From Candidatus Eiseniibacteriota bacterium (lineage in GTDB: Bacteria > ARS69), in the NCBI GenBank assembly GCA_052390515.1, contig JBQTGV010000038.1, positions 1-11,036 on the forward strand: DNA of 11,036 bases, read 5' to 3'. A program made the translations under genes and the position numbers. Below, piece after piece: positions 7,563-11,036 of this stretch (positions are counted from its first letter, which is position 1; each line of letters begins with the position of its first letter). Below the pieces are notes generated by a model, which ran no database searches, was not told where the DNA came from, and saw only the letters and a list, made by a program, of their open reading frames with translations.

Positions 7563-9305
7563 GGATCGCTGCCGATCGCCCACCGCAGCCCCCGCATCCG
7601 CCGGGGCGCGGATCCCGGCCTCGCGGAGCAGCTCGCGCGCGTGCTCGACGGCAGCTCCCGCTTCGCTCCCGCCGAGCATCCGGGCGATCTCGCGCACGCG
7701 GGCCTCGCCCTCCACCGGCTCGACGAGGCTCACCGTTCTCCCGCCGGACTCCTCCTTGCGCACGGCCAGGTGCGCGTGCGCCCGCGACGCCACCTGCGCG
7801 AGGTGCGTGATGCACAGCACCTGCCGCCGCTCCCCGAGGGAGGCCAGACGCTCGGCGACCCGCGCGGCGACGCGGCCCCCGACGCCTGCGTCGATCTCGT
7901 CGAAGACCATGGTGGACGTACCGCGCCGTTCGCCCAGCACGGACTGCAGGGCGAGCATGACGCGGGACACCTCGCCGCCGGAGGCCACTTCGCGGAGCGC
8001 GCGCATCGTCTCCCCGCGGTTCGCGGCCAGCAGATACTCGACGGCGTCGAGCCCGGTGGCGGCCGCGCGCTCCGCGCCGCCTTCCGTGAGCGCCACACCC
8101 TGGTCGCGCGGGGCCACCCGAGCCTCGAACTTCGTGCCGTCCATGCCGAGGTCGGCGAGCGCGGCCTCCATCGCCTTGCGGAGCCGTCCGGCGCCGCGCC
8201 GGCGGTCACGGCTCAGCCGCGCGCCGAGCTCCGCGGTGTCCGCGCCCCGCGCGGCGAGCTCGCGCTCCTTCTCGGCGAGGAGCCGTTCGTAAGCCTCGGG
8301 ATCTCCCCCTTCGACGCGGAGCCGCTCCCACGCGGCGAAGAGCGCGTCCTCGTCCGGCCCCCAGCGCCGCAGCAGCCCCTGCAGCACCCGCGTCCGTTCC
8401 CGCACGTGCTCGAGCCTCTCGGGATCGGCGACGGCTCTCTCGCCGAGCGCACGGACATCGCGCGCCAGCTCCCGAGCGGAGATCGCCAGGGACTCCAGCG
8501 CTCGGGCCGTCTCGGTCCACGCCGGATCGGACTCCGCCGCGCGGGCTGCGGCCTCCGCCGCTTCCGAGGCCACGTCGCCCACCGCACCGTCGCCGTCGGC
8601 CAGCCGCTCGACGACGCGGTCGGCCGTGTCGCGGATCCGCGCGGCGTTCTCCAGCCGGCGAAGCTCGGCGCGCAGCTCGTCCAGTTCGCCGCGTCGCGGC
8701 TTCGCCGCCTCCAGCTCGGCGAGCTGGAACCGCGCGAGCTCCCGCCGCGCTCCCTCCTCGCGCGCGCCGGCCCGCAGCCGTCCCACTTCCTCGCCCAGGA
8801 CGCGCCACGCGGCGAAACGCTCCGCGAACTCCGCACGAAGCTCGGCGCTTCCGGCGTAGTCGTCGAGCGCCTCGAGCTGGAAGGCGGTGCGGAAGAGGCT
8901 CTGATGCTCGTGCTGCCCGTGCAGGTCGATGAGGCATTCCGCCGCGCGCGTGAGCGTGCCCAGCGGCACGGTCTCGCCGTTGATGCGGACGCGACCGCGG
9001 CCGCTGGCGGCGATCTCCCGGCGGATGATGAGCTCGCCGTCCTCGAGCGCGATGCCCAGCGCGGAGAGCTCCCCGGCGATCCAGCCGCCCGCGGGGATCT
9101 CGAAGACGCCCTCGACGACTCCGAGTTCGCTCCCGGTTCGCACCACCTCGCCGCCGGACCGCTCGCCGCAGAGGAGGCGAAGACCCCCGACGACGAGTGA
9201 TTTCCCCGCACCCGTCTCGCCGGAGAGTACCGTCAGTCCGGGACCGAAGCGAAGGCGCAGCTCGGGTATGAGCGCGATGTCCCGAATGGACAGCTCGGCG
9301 AGCAC
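7560..9305 (-). CDS. recN: DNA repair protein RecN (SMC-like ATPase), 581 aa
   Basis: MLAELSIRDIALI, Walker A SGETGAGKS, DLHGQHEHQ, central coiled-coil-like region, signature VASGGEVSRVMLAL, Walker B/D-loop VFDEIDAGVGG, QVLCITHLAQVA, RVREIARMLGG. AGGA upstream of the GTG start. Confidence 0.96.
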   Translation of the reverse strand: MLAELSIRDIALIPELRLRFGPGLTVLSGETGAGKSLVVGGLRLLCGERSGGEVVRTGSELGVVEGVFEIPAGGWIAGELSALGIALEDGELIIRREIAASGRGRVRINGETVPLGTLTRAAECLIDLHGQHEHQSLFRTAFQLEALDDYAGSAELRAEFAERFAAWRVLGEEVGRLRAGAREEGARRELARFQLAELEAAKPRRGELDELRAELRRLENAARIRDTADRVVERLADGDGAVGDVASEAAEAAARAAESDPAWTETARALESLAISARELARDVRALGERAVADPERLEHVRERTRVLQGLLRRWGPDEDALFAAWERLRVEGGDPEAYERLLAEKERELAARGADTAELGARLSRDRRRGAGRLRKAMEAALADLGMDGTKFEARVAPRDQGVALTEGGAERAAATGLDAVEYLLAANRGETMRALREVASGGEVSRVMLALQSVLGERRGTSTMVFDEIDAGVGGRVAARVAERLASLGERRQVLCITHLAQVASRAHAHLAVRKEESGGRTVSLVEPVEGEARVREIARMLGGSEAGAAVEHARELLREAGIRAPADAGAAVGDRQRS

Positions 9306-9329
9306 GCTCTTCCTGCTCTCCCGGAGGAA

Positions 9330-11036
9330 TCAGGCGGGGCGGCGGGCGACCTCCTCGACCGCCACCGGGACGTCCAGCGCCAGGAGCGAGCGCCGCACGA
9401 TCGAATCGACGGTGAGACCCACCTGGTTCCGGAGGATGTCCGGCTTTCCGTGCTCCACGAACACGTCCGCGATGCCCATCGCGGTGAGCCGCACGTCGTG
9501 CGCTCCCCGGTCCTGCAGCATCTCCGACACCGCGCTGCCGAAACCGCCGGACCTCTGGGACTCCTCCAGCGTGACCACCCGCCCCGACTGAGTGGCGTAC
9601 TCCAGGATCAGCTCCTCATCGAGCGGCTTGACGAAGCGCGCGTTGATCACGCCGGCGGCGATCCCCTTCGCGGCGAGCAGCTCGGCGGCGTCCAGCGCCG
9701 GGTGCACCATGGAGCCGTACGCCAGCAGCAGCAGGTCGTCGCCCTCGCGCAGTATCTCGCCCTGGCCGATGGGTAGGGCGCGCAGCTCGCGGTCGAGCTC
9801 CACCCCGATACCTCCGCCGCGCGGGAAGCGCATCGCCGTGGGGCCCGCGCCGTGCTCCAACTGCGTGAAGAGCATGTGGCGCATCTCGTTCTCGTCCTTC
9901 GGCGCCATGATGACGAAGTTCGGGAGCAGCCGCAGGTAGCCGACGTCGAACACGCCATGGTGCGTGGGCCCGTCGTCCCCCACGAGCCCGCCCCGATCCA
10001 TGACGAAGCGCACCGGCAGCGACTGCAGGGCGACGTCGTGCACGACCTGATCGTAGGCGCGCTGCAGGAACGTCGAATAGATGGCGCACACCGGCTTCAT
10101 GCCCTCGCAGGCCAGACCGGCGGCGAAGGTCACGGCGTGCTGCTCGGCGATGCCCACGTCGAAGAACCGCTCCGGGAAGCGCTCGCCGAACCCGGTCGTG
10201 CCGGTTCCGTCCGGCATCGCCGCGGTGATGGCGACGACCTTCGGGTCCCGCTCGCCCAGCTCGATGAGCGTCTGCCCGAACACCTTGGTGTACGCGGGGG
10301 CCGCGGGGCCCTTGCTCGGCTCGTTCGGCGGCGCGACGCCGTGCGCGCGCGTCTTGTCCTTCGGCGCGGACGGATAGCCCTTGCCCTTTTCCGTGACGGT
10401 GTGCAGAAACACCGGGCCCCTCTGGTGCTTGAGGTGCTCCAGCGTGGTCAGCACCTCGTGCAGGTTGTGCCCGTCGATGGGGCCGTAGTACTTGAAGCCG
10501 AGCTCTTCGAACATGACTCCGGGGACGATCAGGTTCTTGAGGCTCTCCTTGATCTTGTGCGCCATCTCCTGGGCGGCACCCCCCGCCTTGGGGATGCGGC
10601 CGAGCAGCTCGTAGATGTCCGCCTCCAGGCGCCGGTACAGGGGCGCCGAGGTCAGCCGCGTCAGGTAGGTGGACAACGCGCCGACGTTCTTGGAGATGGA
10701 CCACTCGTTGTCGTTCAGGACGACGATGAGGTTCTTCTGCAGGTGGCCCGCCTGGTTCAGCGCTTCGAAGGCCATGCCGCAGGTCATGCCCCCGTCCCCG
10801 ATCACGCACACGACCTTCGCGTCGGAGCCCTTCGCCTCGAGCCCGACCGCCATGCCCAGGCCGGCGGAAATGGAGGTCCCGGCGTGGGCGACGCCGAACG
10901 CGTCGTGCTCGCTCTCGGCGCGCACCGGAAATCCGGAGAGCCCGCCGTACTGGCGGATGGTCGGGAACCGGGAACGCCGACCGGTGAGCAGCTTGTGGCC
11001 GTACGCTTGATGGCCCACGTCCCAGACGATGCGGTC
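9330..11036 (-). CDS. dxs: 1-deoxy-D-xylulose-5-phosphate synthase; 5'-partial, begins beyond the window end
   Basis: The frame is open to the window edge (DRIVWDVGHQAYGHKLLTGR). Motifs RQYGGLSGFP, ThDP-binding IGDG...LNDN, FEELG..Y.GPIDGH, ITAAMPDGTG, FDVGIAEQHAVT, AIYSTFLQRAYDQ, DRGGLVGDDGPTHHG, RFVKPLD. Confidence 0.96.
   Translation of the reverse strand, partial: DRIVWDVGHQAYGHKLLTGRRSRFPTIRQYGGLSGFPVRAESEHDAFGVAHAGTSISAGLGMAVGLEAKGSDAKVVCVIGDGGMTCGMAFEALNQAGHLQKNLIVVLNDNEWSISKNVGALSTYLTRLTSAPLYRRLEADIYELLGRIPKAGGAAQEMAHKIKESLKNLIVPGVMFEELGFKYYGPIDGHNLHEVLTTLEHLKHQRGPVFLHTVTEKGKGYPSAPKDKTRAHGVAPPNEPSKGPAAPAYTKVFGQTLIELGERDPKVVAITAAMPDGTGTTGFGERFPERFFDVGIAEQHAVTFAAGLACEGMKPVCAIYSTFLQRAYDQVVHDVALQSLPVRFVMDRGGLVGDDGPTHHGVFDVGYLRLLPNFVIMAPKDENEMRHMLFTQLEHGAGPTAMRFPRGGGIGVELDRELRALPIGQGEILREGDDLLLLAYGSMVHPALDAAELLAAKGIAAGVINARFVKPLDEELILEYATQSGRVVTLEESQRSGGFGSAVSEMLQDRGAHDVRLTAMGIADVFVEHGKPDILRNQVGLTVDSIVRRSLLALDVPVAVEEVARRPA

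Noticed and set aside
9323..9329. Strong SD-like GGAGGAA on the + strand
   Set aside because: No start codon at a suitable distance and no credible + strand ORF follows.
9988..9999. DXS DRGG in place of the DRAG motif
   Set aside because: A conservative variant I believe is common among DXS enzymes. All other catalytic and ThDP-binding motifs are present.

Overview
High-GC (visually about 70%) bacterial housekeeping region with no mobile elements, CRISPR arrays or RNA genes. The + strand carries the 3' two-thirds of a homodimeric pyruvate dehydrogenase E1 gene (aceE, 5'-truncated by the window). Converging on it from the - strand is a tightly packed run: dxs (5'-truncated), recN, a pgsA-like CDP-alcohol phosphatidyltransferase, trpE, trpG, trpD, trpC and trpB. 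I found no convincing new biological system. The points worth a second look are: (i) the trp cluster lacks both trpF and trpA although TrpB is the classic TrpA-partnered type; (ii) a 17-bp inverted repeat includes the last trpB codons, where trpA would normally begin; (iii) trpE is coupled to a phospholipid gene with no room for an attenuator; (iv) TrpE has NPSSYM in place of the NPSPYM Trp-feedback motif; (v) a candidate extended -10 promoter overlaps the recN stop codon. Several ORF-track starts are over-extended and were re-called. The other long ORFs are high-GC shadow frames.
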